Below are positions 25,928 through 38,390 of a stretch of 64,000 bases of DNA, in pieces. The stretch's first letter is position 1, and each line of letters opens with the position of its first letter. The position numbers and the translations under genes are program-made. A model generated the notes under the pieces. That model made no database searches and was not told where the DNA came from. It worked only from the letters and a program-made list of their open reading frames with translations. Origin of the DNA: Squalus acanthias (Eukaryota); NCBI GenBank assembly GCA_030390025.1, contig CM059431.1:110734001-110798000 (forward strand), read 5' to 3'.

Positions 25928-26677
25928 AAACGGTGGGAAACTGCAAGTACAAGTCCACTTCTTACTACTCCATGGCCCAGCACCTCCGTGCACGGCCACA
26001 CCGTGTCTTTAGGACCCAATCCTCAGTCCTCTACTCTCGCATGACGTGCCGATGTTAATAAAGCTTTCACGCTCTTGGAAAAGCACAACTGTGGCACAGA
26101 TTGTCCACAAAAAGAACTGTTCGTGGTGACCGGAAGGATCCATTTGTAATTCCTGTTTCTTAACCTGTCTTTCTCCAGGTTACGTCTGGGCAGACAGCCA
26201 CACATTCCCATGCTTTTTTTTATTGTGCGGCATACGTTGCAAATTCGTACATATTAATCTATTACTACAAGGAGCCGAAATGACTTGTGCTACAGGTTCA
26301 ATATGTGCAATCTGGATGCCCTGTGGCTTCACTGAAAATGTTTAATCACAAGAACGGGTTGTGTGCCAGAAGAAAACAGGCGAGAGCCTGCCTGACAGTT
26401 TGGGAAATGTGTCAGCAATCAACAGAAGATACTTTGTGAGGAAAAAAACCACAAAGCAGAAGCGTGCTTAGTGTAAATTTAATTTGCGCAAGGACTTACT
26501 TTTAAGCCTTTGGTAACAGTTCAGACTGATTGCTTGGTAAGTGACTGTCCTGAAAAGCACAGTTTTGGACAGTCACACAACCACTGTAAACAGATCCGTC
26601 CGGTTAGTTCATATAGTTGCCGTGTTGAAGTAAATATCATAATTGTACCTCGTAAGCGCAACAGAATGTTTCTCCTA

Positions 26678-27135
26678 CAAAAGTAAAATACTGCGGATGC
26701 TGGAAATCTGAAATAAAAACAGAAAATGCTGGAAATACTCAGCAGGTCAGGCAGCATCTGTGGAGAGAGAGAAACAGAGTTAACGTTTCATGTCGATGAC
26801 CCTTCGTCAGAACTGTAAAAAGCTGGAGATGGAACAGGTTTTTAAGCAAGTGCAGAGGCAGGGAAAGGGGGCGGGGGAGGAAAGAACAAAAGGGAAGGTC
26901 TGTGATAGGATGGAAGGCAGGAGGGATTAAGAGACAAAAGGGATGATGGTGCAAGGCAAAAGGAGAGGGTAATGGGACAAGTTAAGAAAGAAAAGATGGC
27001 TCTAGATGAAGTGTAAATGGCACTGGCAGAATGAAAGACAGCTGCCATGTGAGAAAGAGAAAAAAAAAATGGAAAAAAAAGATAGGGGCAGAGGTTATGG
27101 TCTGAAATTGTTGAACTCTATGTTGAGTCCAGAAG
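26678..27135 (-). mobile_element. Penelope-like element 3' end (last codons of the ORF plus pLTR)
   Basis: Minus strand 27135-27095 reads SGLNIEFNNFRP*, the GLN motif that ends PLE GIY-YIG domains. A pyrimidine-rich UTR follows, then a hammerhead-containing terminal repeat shared with 32465-32717. Confidence 0.8.
26778..26814 (-). ncRNA. Minimal type I hammerhead ribozyme motif (Penelope type), helix II weakened
   Basis: agtt-CTGACGA-agggtcatcgacat-GAAACGTT-aact. Confidence 0.6.
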
Positions 27136-27867
27136 AATGTTTCTTCTATGGTCTCAGTCCATCAAGATGTAGGATTGGAGCTATCACCCACAGATCACAG
27201 TTCTGCCAGAACTTCCAGTTACAGGTACAAGTCCCAATTGGTACAGGCCATTCGGCCAACATTTGATATATAAAGCTATGAACGAATACACTGGACTAGG
27301 GAAGAGTTGGAAGAAAGTAACTCAGTGCGTGTGAGGAGAAATCGTATGTTAATCTAAACAGTTTTGTTTGTATTGCATTTATAAATCTGGCTGGGGTAAC
27401 TCTTCTTGTTTCTGTGTTGATTTGTTTTGCTGTATAGATGTTTCTGGTTCATTATTTCTTCATTTGGAAACTGCTGGATGTGGGGAGCAGACTGGAAGGA
27501 TTGATGAGCATTTGTTTAGGTTCTGTGGTTCCTGTAACACCGATCAAGCAGTTGTTGCGTGCTACTTGCCTCTGGTTAGAAGTTGTCCTTGTGGAGAAAG
27601 GATTCCTAACTTTGATTTGCACAAAACTGTAGTGCGACGATGAAATGCTAAGCAGGGGATGGCCAGCCATTTTGAAGGGATTCAGTGAGAAACAAGAGAC
27701 TGAAAGGGAATGGGAACAGAGCCGGAGAGCAATGGAAAACAGTACTGAGGACAATGAAGTAGGATTTTCATCGGTGCTCTTTTGCATGAATCACGAGTGA
27801 TAGAGAATGAAAGGCAATGAAATGGAGCCTGGGAGCAGTGGAGAACAATACTGAAACAAAGCTCTAA

Positions 27868-28573
27868 GGGCTAGAAATTCGGTGCATTTGCAGGGGGCGC
27901 TAACGGGGCACAAACGACTTTTCGCCGGGTGCGGCGCCGCTAATGACTCCCGCTATTCAGCGGGAGTTTAGCAGTGGCGGTAACCGGTAGCGCCCCACTC
28001 CGCAGGTGCGTCATCACCGTGCGCAGCGCCCCGTTTTCGCCTCGCCTGCAAAATTGGCCGCGCGCCCCCTGAATCTGCGCCGGACGATGACAGTGACCGA
28101 TTCAGGGGGCGAGAACAGAGCGGCAGGAGGCTCGCGGGGCGCTAAGTAGAGGGGAGGTGGCGGGTGGGGAAAAAAAATCGGCCGACTTACTTATCACGGC
28201 CCGTTGCCTCTTTGAACGCGGGGTCTGTGCCATGATCTGGCAGCCTGGCACTCCTCTTGAGTGCCGGGCTGCTGGCACGGCACCTCGCTCCCCGGTGGTC
28301 CAGGTAGGGCCCAGCAGAGTTGTAGGCTTGGGCCCTCCCCTTTAATGAGGGGAGGAGCCCTTCCATGCGGCAGCGCTTCGTGGCCCAGTGCGTAGTGCTG
28401 CAGAACGCACCGCCCCCGTATTCGGTGTTAGCGCTCTAAGAAGGAAGTAGAGAGCTTGAATTAGCGCTCTACCTCCCTCTTGGGGTGCTAAAACTGAAGT
28501 TAGCGATCACCGGCGCTATTTTCCGCCGGGCGCTAAATTAAGCGCCCAGGCGATGTTAATGAATTATTCCCCC
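27868..28573. mobile_element. Harbinger-type MITE, CpG-rich
   Basis: Ends GGGCTAGAAATTC / GAATTATTCCCCC (imperfect TIR). TSD TAA at 27865-27867 and 28574-28576. Confidence 0.8.
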
Positions 28574-29469
28574 TAAGGCTTTAGTAGGTGTACTGTAACC
28601 TGTTTCACAAATGGTGATGTTACCAATTGGCTTGAACCACCAATGATGGTCTTCGGTGTGTTCATTTGGTGGACTGAGTAATGTACATTTATTATGACTG
28701 TTAAAAAATCATCATGTGCATCTGAGTATACACTAACTAGCAGAATGGAGCCTGATGATCTCATCTCGGACATAGGCAGTGCAATGACATCATCACTGAC
28801 CTTTGAAGTTTTTTTTCACCCAAGCACATCTCCATGTGCCCTGAAACAGCTGGTGAAATGACTGCAGGCAGCCCTGGCACTGTACCCACTCGCAGAGAGA
28901 AACAGAGAGCCACCCTGAAGTGAAGGAACACATTCTGGGATTCTGCAATGTGTCGGAGAATGTGAGAAAGAGTTTCGATGAAATGGGCACTGAGAAACAT
29001 TTACAAAGAACAGGACAGTCGGAGTCGAAGCTGGCTGTGAGTCAGGATTCTGCGTCTTTTCTGCACTCTTTCAATCCTCAATCTATTCATCCCACACACA
29101 CATCTCTTATCAGCTTAAAAGCTTTAGATTATCAACTCTGCTATCTTCATTAGTTTGGTGACTGTACCATTATTATGCTATGGTTCCTCAGAGCCAAATA
29201 TTTTATCATGAATTGTACAGTATAGTAATCCTGTACTACATAAATATACTCTCAGGAACCATGATACACTAACTTTATAGCAGATAATGTTATAAATGAG
29301 AACCTTATACTGAGGGTGGGGTGTGTGTTGATTATTTCTGTTGGCACTCGAATTCCCATATTAGAAATTGCTAACATTAACAACAATGGTTATAAAAGTC
29401 ACTTTAGAACTAAGAAAATCAGTGTCAAAATTGAAGGAGAAAAATAAAGTCACCAAAGGAAGGTTTTAC

Positions 29470-29586
29470 AGAGCTATGGGGAAAGAGCAGGGGAGTGGGA
29501 CTAATTTGGATCGCTCTTTCAAAGAGCCGGCACAGGCACGATGGGCCGAATGGCCTCCTTTTGTGCTATTTAATTCTATGATTCTA
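29470..29586 (+). mobile_element. CR1 3' UTR tail fragment
   Basis: Matches about 61800-61915 (atggggaaagagc...gggccgaatggcctcctt...ctatgattcta). Confidence 0.85.
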
Positions 29587-30094
29587 CATAGATGTGCAAC
29601 TAAAAGGAACTGTCTTTATGCAAAAGTCTTGGACAAAATGTTTTGTTAATGAAACACTTAACGTTGATGGCCTAAACTGCACTGAAACAAGTCACTTTGC
29701 CACAGAAACATCATTGCATTGCTTGTGTGGGATCTCATTCCAGAAATGTATTTTTCTATCCCAGCAATGAAAACATTCTCTTGACAAGAGATTTGATACC
29801 TCTGGTTTCGGACAACCTTTTAACAGACTGGTTTCTTGCCTGTTTAGGAATGTAATCCACTAGTACCACTTGCTGAGCTAATAATACGAAGGGTCCTGCT
29901 TTGCTTATTATAATTGTTTATTATATATTTGTGCTGTAACAAAGATAGGATACCAGTACATAAAAAAACTGCCTTGCCAGAATTCTCTGAAATTGATTCT
30001 TGACACTTTACCAATGCTCTTTTTCATGAAGGTAGGATATTAAACTTATCATTGACAAATACAGGAACATAAGTAAAGCCATTGCAACAATGTG

Positions 30095-30380
30095 ATTTTG
30101 GCACAGTGAGTTAGATCAGTTCCCTTTCACTTCTGGGACTCTGGACTGAATCAAGTTCAGACAGATGGGATGAATAGTTCCTCTCTCTGACAGCCATTAA
30201 TTTTGCTAAGTGATACGGGTTTGGCCATTTTCAACTCTCTTTCCCAGTGGACAACAGTCTACAGCATAAAACTGTCCATAATTCAGCATTAATTAGCACT
30301 AATTGGGCAATCTCACGCAGAAAGGCAACAGAGGTGGCTGCTGTAGGGAATGGAAAATGTCACAATTCTGCAGTAGGAGG
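30095..30380 (+). mobile_element. Old SINE resembling LF-SINE
   Basis: Ordered blocks cctttcacttctggga / ttcccagtggaca / gcactaattgggcaatctcacgcagaaaggc resemble the LF-SINE consensus as recalled. Confidence 0.5.
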
Positions 30381-31654
30381 CACTACAAGCTGGGGTGGAG
30401 ACAGATATTTTGGGCAGAGTAAAAGGACCTTCAAAATACAATTGGCTCTTGCTGCACCTAGCCTGGGAGTGCTGCATGCTGCGACTGAGTGAAAAACAGT
30501 TTCGCTGATATACTGAACCTTCACAGGCACAATGTTAAAAACAGTAACAACCCTCACACGTTAGTGTTGCAGGGTCGTGCTTTTTTGTCATCCTGCATTA
30601 AATAAGGGTAAACTTTTTGCATGTTCTTAGCATGTGCATGTCCCAATCTCGATACCAATTCTGAAATATTGGCTTTGTAAGCAATGTAAATAGGTACAGT
30701 AAGTAATGACAATCACGTTGCCATTTGTGGAATTCACAGCAACTGAATATCGTGGATTTGGCAGCAAAACGTACTGTAGACACAGAACGTTATTAATCAG
30801 CATGCATATAGATTGACACTTGGCAGTCTCATTTGGACCTTGCTTTACATTTGCCAAAAAGCATGAACCCTATTCTTATCCTTGCTTCGTATGGAGTGCG
30901 GAGATCAATAACCTGGTCCTCAGTAGACCAATCTCAGTATCTTTTGCTCCTGTATGTAAATCCAAGAGCGGAGTGTTTTTTTTTCTCTCACCCTCTGTCT
31001 CCGCCCACAGGCACAGTGCCGTCAGTGACAAGTCATACTGTTTGCTGAGAGCAATGCAAAGAGCTTCGGATTTGTCAGAAAAGCACACATGAAATTTTTG
31101 CTTTGTTGAGTAAAAAACCGATCTTAACAGGGAAAAAAACAAACAACCTTGCCAAAGAACTAGGCTGCTTTCTGGCACTGCCTCTGGTATTAGGTATCAG
31201 TTGCTCTCTGGAAAGATCCACCAACTGAATGTAACAACACCCTGAACCTTCCAGAATCAGCAGCATCGTAACATACTCTAGTAAGTAGAGAGCTCTGCAG
31301 TTCACTGCTACTGGGATGCAATTTTAAAGAGGAAAGCAAATGTTGTATCTCAGATTAGCAAGTCCATTTGCAGAAGAATAAAGTCTGTGTTTATTTTCTC
31401 TACTCTCCTGCCCACCCTTCCTCTATTTTTTTTAGGTTTAGATGCCTTTCTGCCTGCACTCTTCCACTGCTAGTCAGGATAAAGCAACATTCTGCCTCAC
31501 TGCGCTTCTTACTGTGCCGTCGCTCACACAAGTCGGACCCACTCCGCGAACAGTCAACTGGAGATGTCTCCCTCAAGGTGGAGCTTGTCCTAACAGTCTT
31601 TCTTCTCCTCCGCCTCCCAGCAAGAAGAAGCACTCTACCGTTGCTCAGAGTTCC

Positions 31655-31887
31655 TGGCTGTGCCTTCAGCTGTCTCAGCCCTTAGCTCTGGAATTCCCTC
31701 CCTAAACCTCCACAGCACTCGCTCCTCCTTTAAGATGCTCCTCAAAACCTACCTCTTCGACCAAGTTTTTAGTCGCCCGTCCTAACATCTCCTTCTTTGG
31801 CTTGGTGTCAATTTTTGTCCTGTGAAGCGCCTTGGGAGGTTTTACTACGTTAAAGGCGCTATATAAATGCAAATTGTTGCTGTTGTT
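31655..31887 (+). mobile_element. L2 LINE 3' end
   Basis: Homologous to about 62600-62849 and to the reverse complement of 19714-19970. Tail ggcgctatataaatgcaaattgttgctgttgtt. Confidence 0.88.
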
Positions 31888-32563
31888 CGATCCAACAACT
31901 TGATCAAAAACTGGTAAAAGTCAGACAATGAGGAGTTGACAAGTTTGAATGTCAATCGACCCACTTAAACTCACGGCCTTCTGGGTCCCCAAATCCAACC
32001 TGTTACTGCTAGAGTTATCAAGCTGACACAATAATGAGTCAGTGAAGCTCCCCATGTGGACCTACAGACAGCTTTTTGTATACCCATGACCTGAAACTAA
32101 AGGGTTATTTTATTCAGCAGTGAGAACTGCTGTTTCTTGTTACTGGATAAATATTAATCAGTAAGCTTACATAAATTTTCAGTGGACTTTTACATTATCT
32201 TACAGGAATCACATTAGGGCAGCAAAGAGCAAGTGACCTCATAGTGCTCAGAGGGAATAATGCAGCCATTTTCTCCATGGGTTGGAGAAACAAGAGTGAA
32301 AAAAAATTAAATAAACAAAACAGCATTAAAGCCATTGAAAAAAAAATACTAGATCAGGCGTAGATCAAAGTCTACTAACTTTGTCACTTGCACACTCCTC
32401 CTAAATGCTGAAAAGAATGAGAAGGGGCTAAAGCCAGTCTGTGTCAAGTTATGAATATAACTTAGCGATAGCAAAATACTGCGGATGCTGGAAATCTGAA
32501 ATAACAACAGAAAACGCTGGAAAAACTCAGCAGGCCAGGCAGCATCCGTGGAGAGAGAAACAG

Positions 32564-32600
32564 AGTTAACGTTTCAGGTCGAAGACCTTTCGTCAGAACT
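32564..32600 (-). ncRNA. Minimal hammerhead ribozyme motif (mirror copy)
   Basis: Exact reverse complement of 32622-32658. Confidence 0.7.
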
Positions 32601-32621
32601 GAAAAAAGTCCTGCTTTTTTC

Positions 32622-32658
32622 AGTTCTGACGAAAGGTCTTCGACCTGAAACGTTAACT
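32622..32658 (+). ncRNA. Minimal type I hammerhead ribozyme motif (Penelope type)
   Basis: Helix I agtt/aact, core CTGACGA(A), helix II aggtc-ttc-gacct, GAAA, and a palindromic loop-less helix III ACGT. Predicted cleavage after GTT (32654). Confidence 0.7.
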
Positions 32659-34177
32659 CTGTTTCTCTCTCCACGGATGCTGCCTGGCCTGCTGAGTTTT
32701 TCCAGCGTTTTCTGTTATTATGAATATAACTTAATTGGCAATGGCCCAGCTCTCTCTGCAAATGGGAAAAAAGTGTGAGAAGATGACATTTAATTTGCTG
32801 AATCAGTTTGTCTTTCAGACTTTCAACTTGATAAAGGTGAAATTGTTCTTGCTTTTGATCAAATCATTCTCTGTTATACATTTTTCCGTTAGATATACAA
32901 AGTACTGAATCCCTTCCGCGCCCTCCAAACATGTGTATTTTGGATAGCCTGATGGCCTCATGCTCTGACATCATAAAATGCCCTCAAATCGAAAGTAAAT
33001 TACAGTAATTTTTCACTTTGCCCATTGTTCTATATAGCAAACTGCTGGTCCCCCTGAGTGAGCCATTTCTCTACTATGGTGTTATTGATACATTTGTTTG
33101 TTGTTCCTAAAGTTTTTCTTCCCCTTCTTCTGCTTTCATGGTTTCCTTTTGGCCCATACCGTCACGAAGTGAAAGGAAGTGGCAGGTGATCAACCTGCCC
33201 CCAACCCTCCACCCACACTGCTCGAAGACTGACCATTTATTCCTTAAGAAAGAAGGTGTGTAAAAATGCTGTCAGCAACCCCAAAGAAAACAGCTGGTCA
33301 GGATGCAATTGTAGTATAAAGGTGTATGCAGTTGCTTGTTTCTCTTAGGTCTGTGCAGCCACAGTAGCCTTCATCCTGCTCAGAACTGCAGATATCCTGC
33401 CACACCTTCCCACGCTTACCTTTCATTAAAAAAAATCTTACTTTAGGTTAGAAAATGTAACTCCATCAATATTAGTGCTTTTTTTATGTAGCACCTTCTC
33501 TGCTCTTGCCTCTCCGCTTAAACCAGTCAACTACCCTAGGCTCCCCAACTGCCCATTAAGGTCGCCCATTAAAAGCAACACTATTTTCAATACATTTCCT
33601 CCTTTTCTGAATGTCCCCTCAATTCCCCACCAAGCTGTTCTATCCTACATTTACATGCACACCAACCAGCTCCCCTTATAGACCTGTTTGACAGCACCTG
33701 CAAATCCTGGTCAATCCCCTTTTTGCTCCAAATGAGCTTATTCTCCAATACTTGTTAATCAGGTTGCCAAAGGTTTTCTGATTACTGTACATACTCTTCT
33801 TTGGTAGACTGACTCATAAGTCTGATTTCCAATCTCACTGTGATATGGATGCCATAAAATGCTTCATTTATTTCTTCCAGTGAAATACAAAGATTATAAA
33901 AGTCAGCAGTTATTCACCCTTCTTTACAGTGTCCGTATTGTTGACTACAATGAAAATATTTTTAATTAATATATACTTTTATGTACAATTCAGCCACAGT
34001 CCTAAAATTGTTAAGTAGCTCCATGATCATCTGTTAAAACAAATCGAGCTGCCTCTGATCTCTTAGGTGCTAACGGTGTCACTAGGTTTGGTCTATACCA
34101 GGCAGAACAGAAGGATCCCTGGGCCAGTGGGAAAAAAAACAATCTGCTCCTGATCACAATATGGCGACCCCACCCCT

Positions 34178-34610
34178 GTTTTTTTTAATTCATTCATGGG
34201 ATGTGGGCGTCACTGGCAAGGGCAGCATTTATTGCCCATCCCTAATTGCCCTCTTGAACCGCTGCAGTCCATGTGGTGATACTTCTGTGTAGCGGTTTGG
34301 TACAACGGAGTGGCTTGCTAGGCCACTTCAGAGGCCACCACATTGCTGTGGGTCTGGAGTCACATATAGGCCAGACCGGGTCAGGACAGCAGATTTCTTT
34401 CCCTAAAGCACATTAGTGAATCAAATGGGTTTTTACAACAATCCGGTAGTTTCACAGTCACTGATACTAGCTTTTTATTCCAGATTTATTTAATTCACTG
34501 AATTTAAATTCCCCAGCTGCCGTGGTGGGATTTGAACTCATGTCGCTGGATCATTAGTCCAGGCCGCTGGATTACTAGTCCAGTAACATAACCACTATGC
34601 TACTGTACCC
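34178..34610 (-). mobile_element. tRNA-derived SINE, second family (tentatively MER131-like)
   Basis: Minus strand has A box TAGCATAGTGG and B box GAGTTCAAATCC. Homologous to 58108-58509. A-rich tail. Confidence 0.8.
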
Positions 34611-34689
34611 GTGGATATTACATGTTTGTAGGTATACAGTGAGAATAGGATATGCTGCCCTCCATTGTGGAACAACATGCCGATACTTA

Positions 34690-34872
34690 GGGGGTGATTT
34701 TAACCTAAATCGTGGGGCGGGAAACCAATGGGTTGGGGTGGAATGCTGGATCTACACCTCGCCCAATATTACTCTCCATTGACTTCAACTTAGAGTAAAA
34801 TTGGGCGGGTTTAAACCAGCGCTGCACCCGATCGCGATTTCCCGACTGGCGGGTCAAATTAAAATCGACCCC
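34690..34872. mobile_element. Short Harbinger-type MITE
   Basis: TIR ggggtgattttaa / ttaaaatcgacccc. Flanks TTA and TTT. Central ccattgacttcaa motif. Confidence 0.7.
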
Positions 34873-35044
34873 TTTCTGTTTGGACTCTCACATGAAGAAT
34901 AACTACATGAGTAGATAACTGACAGTGGCCAGTGCATGTGGAAAAGTACTTCAGCCATGAGTCAGTGCCTTCAGGAGAGGAGGGGGAAAAAAACGGGAAA
35001 AAAACAAGACTAAATTGTTTCACCCCAATTAAAATATACCTCTG

Positions 35045-35163
35045 AAGGGTATTAATGGTTATGGAGCCAGGGCGGGTAGATAGAGTTGAGGTACAGATCA
35101 GCCATGATCTAATTGAATGGCGGAAGAGGCTCGAGGGGCTGAATGGCCTCCTCCTGTTCCTAA
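35045..35163 (+). mobile_element. CR1 3' UTR tail fragment
   Basis: cagatcagccatgatctaattgaatggcgga...gaatggcctcctcctgttccta, like about 38900-39017. Confidence 0.8.
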
Positions 35164-35949
35164 GAGAGGTGAAAGCTGCACCGTATCACTGTGGGACAAA
35201 ATAAATTATTCTTTACACTTATATTAAACATGTATCACGTTGAAAGTAAACTGCAAAAATCAAGCACCAGTGTACCCTAGTTTAGGGACCTCCTCTAAAT
35301 ACTGACATACTCTTAACTTCCTAAAAAAGAGTCAGCTACCCAAAGGAAAACAGTGCTATCATTGCAGAAAATATTTTTTATTATCTCACAGAAACAGAAA
35401 TAATGTGCTTGTAAGTCAACAGATATAGAGACCAAAGATGTACAGAACATCTCACAGACCTCCTGGGATCCTTAGGTTGTGGGCATCCCAATTTCAAAAC
35501 CTAGCCCGGTTTTATTTTTTAAAGTCAACTATTCTGACATACAAAGTATATTCATTTTTTCTTTCATGAGTACTTCCCTGTCTGATGACAGACACCAACG
35601 TTAAATTGAAATCCCATCTCCGTACTTAGTGTCCTTTCACCAGCTTTGGACCATGGGTTTCTTCACCGCTGCCATCAATACTTCTCACTATCAGCCATCC
35701 AAAGGTACAGTTTTGCTGGCGAGATGTTACCCAGTTGATTTTTATTTCTTCCTTCCTTCCTTCTCCTCTCTTCCCAAGATGAACCAATTTGACAGTGAGA
35801 TTAGCCTGTCTGAATCTGACAGGACAGGATAATATTGACTGAAGGGCCTCAGCTAGTATCTTGCCTTTCCAACCCTATGTTGTCCGAATACTGGTTCAGG
35901 TAACCAGATATTACATACTTATACTGCATCATCAGATACATTTATTTCC

Positions 35950-36270
35950 CTCCCCCCAATTTCCTGCCCTTTCTCCCTCTCCTCTCTTGAAGAGACGCGC
36001 TCTTGCTGGAATATATTTCAATGGTACATCAGCAGTCTTCTAGCACTTCAATGAAGTGGATATTCTTCACCTGTGCGCTGAGACAGTGTGGATCAACAAG
36101 ATGTCCGATAGTGGGACATCACACCTGAGCCCAATCCTGACCTCACCTGATGTTCCCACACATGTGCTTTACCAAAACAGGGGTCACTGGACTTCAATCA
36201 GGAGCCCTGGCTGAAATTTCCCTTCTACTACCCAGGGCTACTAAGGCTTACTCAGCAGTATAGCCTGGTG
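35950..36270 (-). mobile_element. Old SINE-like repeat, third family (related pieces at about 34040-34170, 34875-35000, 38540-38640 and 62250-63155)
   Basis: Shared degenerate blocks between these loci. A tRNA-like head is visible on the minus strand at about 63050-63155. Confidence 0.45.
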
Positions 36271-36539
36271 TGCATTGTGTATGCAAATGTGTACATGTTT
36301 TATTCCCTAGGGCAGCAAATCAAACTGCTGAAGCATAGCTTGTGTTGAAATAGCTGCCTCAAGGGATCTCGCCAGGAGATACTGCTGCCCAATCTACTGA
36401 TGTTCTTCTTCCTGCCAGTATTGGCTATAATTAATCCTTGGCACTGCTGCTTTGTTCTGGGACTGCCTCTGGGAATTCCTGCTCTCTCAATAAATCAGGA
36501 ATTCTTCCATCCCACTATGGAGTTCAGCCTGGAATGAAG

Positions 36540-38390
36540 CAGCAACAGTTTTGTGTCATCTGCAAACTTTGAAATTGTGCACCCTAGACACAAGTCCAGG
36601 TCATTAATATATACCTTCTCAAGGGGCAATTAGGGATGGGCAATAAATGCTGGCCTTGCCAGCGACGCCCACATCCCAGGAATGAATAAAATAAAAATAT
36701 CAAAAATTCAGTGGTTCTAATACTGACCCCTGGGGGACACCACTCTATACTTCCCTCCAGTCTGAAAAACAACCCTTCACCACTGCTATCTGCTTTCTGT
36801 CTCTTAGCCAATTTTGTATCCCTGCTGCCACTGTCATTTTAATCCCATGGGCTCCAAGGAGAAAGATTGTGGGTAGAGTCCCCATTATTTCCACTCTTAC
36901 TTCCCTCAGCAACCTAGAATGCATCCCATCTGGACCAGGTGACTTTTCTACTTTGAGTTCTGCCAGCCTTTAAATATCTTCTCTTTATCTATTGTTTTTT
37001 TATCCTATCCAATTTCTCTACCCACTCCTCCTTTACTGTAACAATGGCAGCATCCTCTCTTGTGAAGACAGATGCAACGTACTCATTCAGTACCTCAGCC
37101 ATGCCCTCTGCCTCCACAAGATGATTTACTTAGTGGTCTTCAATCAGTCCAACCCTTCCTTTGACTATCCTTTTACTCTTTATATGTTTATAAAAGACTT
37201 TAGCGTTCCCTTTTATGTTATCTGATAATCTTTTCTCATACACTTTCTTTGCCCCTCTTATTTCCTTTTTCAGTTCTCCTCTGCACTTTCTGTATTCTGC
37301 TTGATCCTCTATTGTATTATGAACCTGAAATTTATCATAAGTGTCCTTTCTCTGTTTCATTTTAATCTCAATTTATTTCGTCATCTAGGAAGCTCTAGCT
37401 TTGGATGTCCTTCCTTTCCCTCTCGTGGGAATCTGTTTAGTCTGTATCCGAACTATCTCCTCCTTGAAGGCCTCCCATTGTTCATTTAATATTTTACCTG
37501 CCAATCTTTGTTTCCAATCTACCTGGGCCAGATCCCTTTTCAATTCACTGAGTATTTTCACCTTTGAATATTTCTTGTCCCTTTCCATAACTAAACCTAA
37601 TGATATTATGATCACTGTTTCCCAGATGCTCCCCCACTGAAACTTGCTCCACTAGTCCCTTCTTCATTCCCCAGAATTAGATTCAGCACTGTTTCCTTCC
37701 TCATTGGACTGGAAACATACTAATTGAGAAAGTTCTCATGTACACATTTCAGGAATTCCTCCCCCACTTTGCCCTTTACACTGTCCCCCCCACCCCCAGT
37801 CTATATTAGGATAATTGAAGTCACCCATTATCACTACTCTATTGTTTCCACATCTTTCTGAAATCTGCTTGCAGATTTGCTCCTCCATCTCCTTCCCATT
37901 ATTTCATGGCCTATGGTATACACCCAGCAGTGTAACAACTCCTATTCTGCTCCTTAACTCTACCCAAATAGATTGTGTCTTTGAATCCTATAGCACATCA
38001 TCCTTTTGCAGGGCTGTAACCGTATCTTTGATCAATACTGCCACCTTCCTCCTTTTTTTGTTCCCTATCCCATCTGAATACATTGTAGCCAGGAATATTA
38101 AGTGCCCATTCCTGCCCTTGTTTGAGCCAGGTCTCCGTTATTGCCACTATATCATAACCCCATGTGGCCACTTGTGCCTGTAGCTCACCAACCTTATTTG
38201 TCACGCGCCGTGCACTTATGCACATGCACACCAAACCTGCTTTAGTCTGCTTTGCATTTCTCCCCTGTCAGATACCTCCTCTTTCTGGACTACTCTTTAT
38301 TCTAATGCTGTTTGACTCCCTCAGTCCTCTATGCACCTTTGTTTCTCTTCTCTGATGCTTCATCCTGGTTCCCCTCCCCTTGCCAAAAAT
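36540..38390 (-). mobile_element. CR1 LINE ORF2 interior (APE endonuclease to RT), decayed with an internal deletion
   Basis: EN motif NKVGELQAQVATWGYDIVAITETWL, linker peptides EQWEAFKEEI and IKGNAKVFYKHIKSKR, and RT KFADDTKL at about 36550-36572. Confidence 0.9.
36613..36697 (+). mobile_element. 3' tail of the second SINE family (or its partner LINE) inserted into the CR1
   Basis: caattagggatgggcaataaatgctggccttgccagcgacgcccacatccc...aataaaa matches about 58425-58509. Confidence 0.8.

Larger units (their letters stand above)
32465..32717. mobile_element. Palindromic Penelope-derived mini-element (inverted pLTR pair) with 16-bp TSD
   Basis: Arms 32506-32608 and 32614-32716 are exact reverse complements with a 5-nt spacer. 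TTATGAATATAACTTA is duplicated at 32449-32464 and 32718-32733. Homologous to 26685-26815. Confidence 0.88.

Noticed and set aside
28868..29036. Possible plus-strand exon (QPWHCTHSQRETESHPEVKEHILGF...) ending at gtgagt
   Set aside because: The acceptor lacks a pyrimidine tract and the peptide is not recognisable.
32462..32778. Mirror ORFs on both strands (ERETELTFQVEDLSSELKK...)
   Set aside because: A consequence of the palindrome. The segment is the non-coding Penelope terminal repeat.
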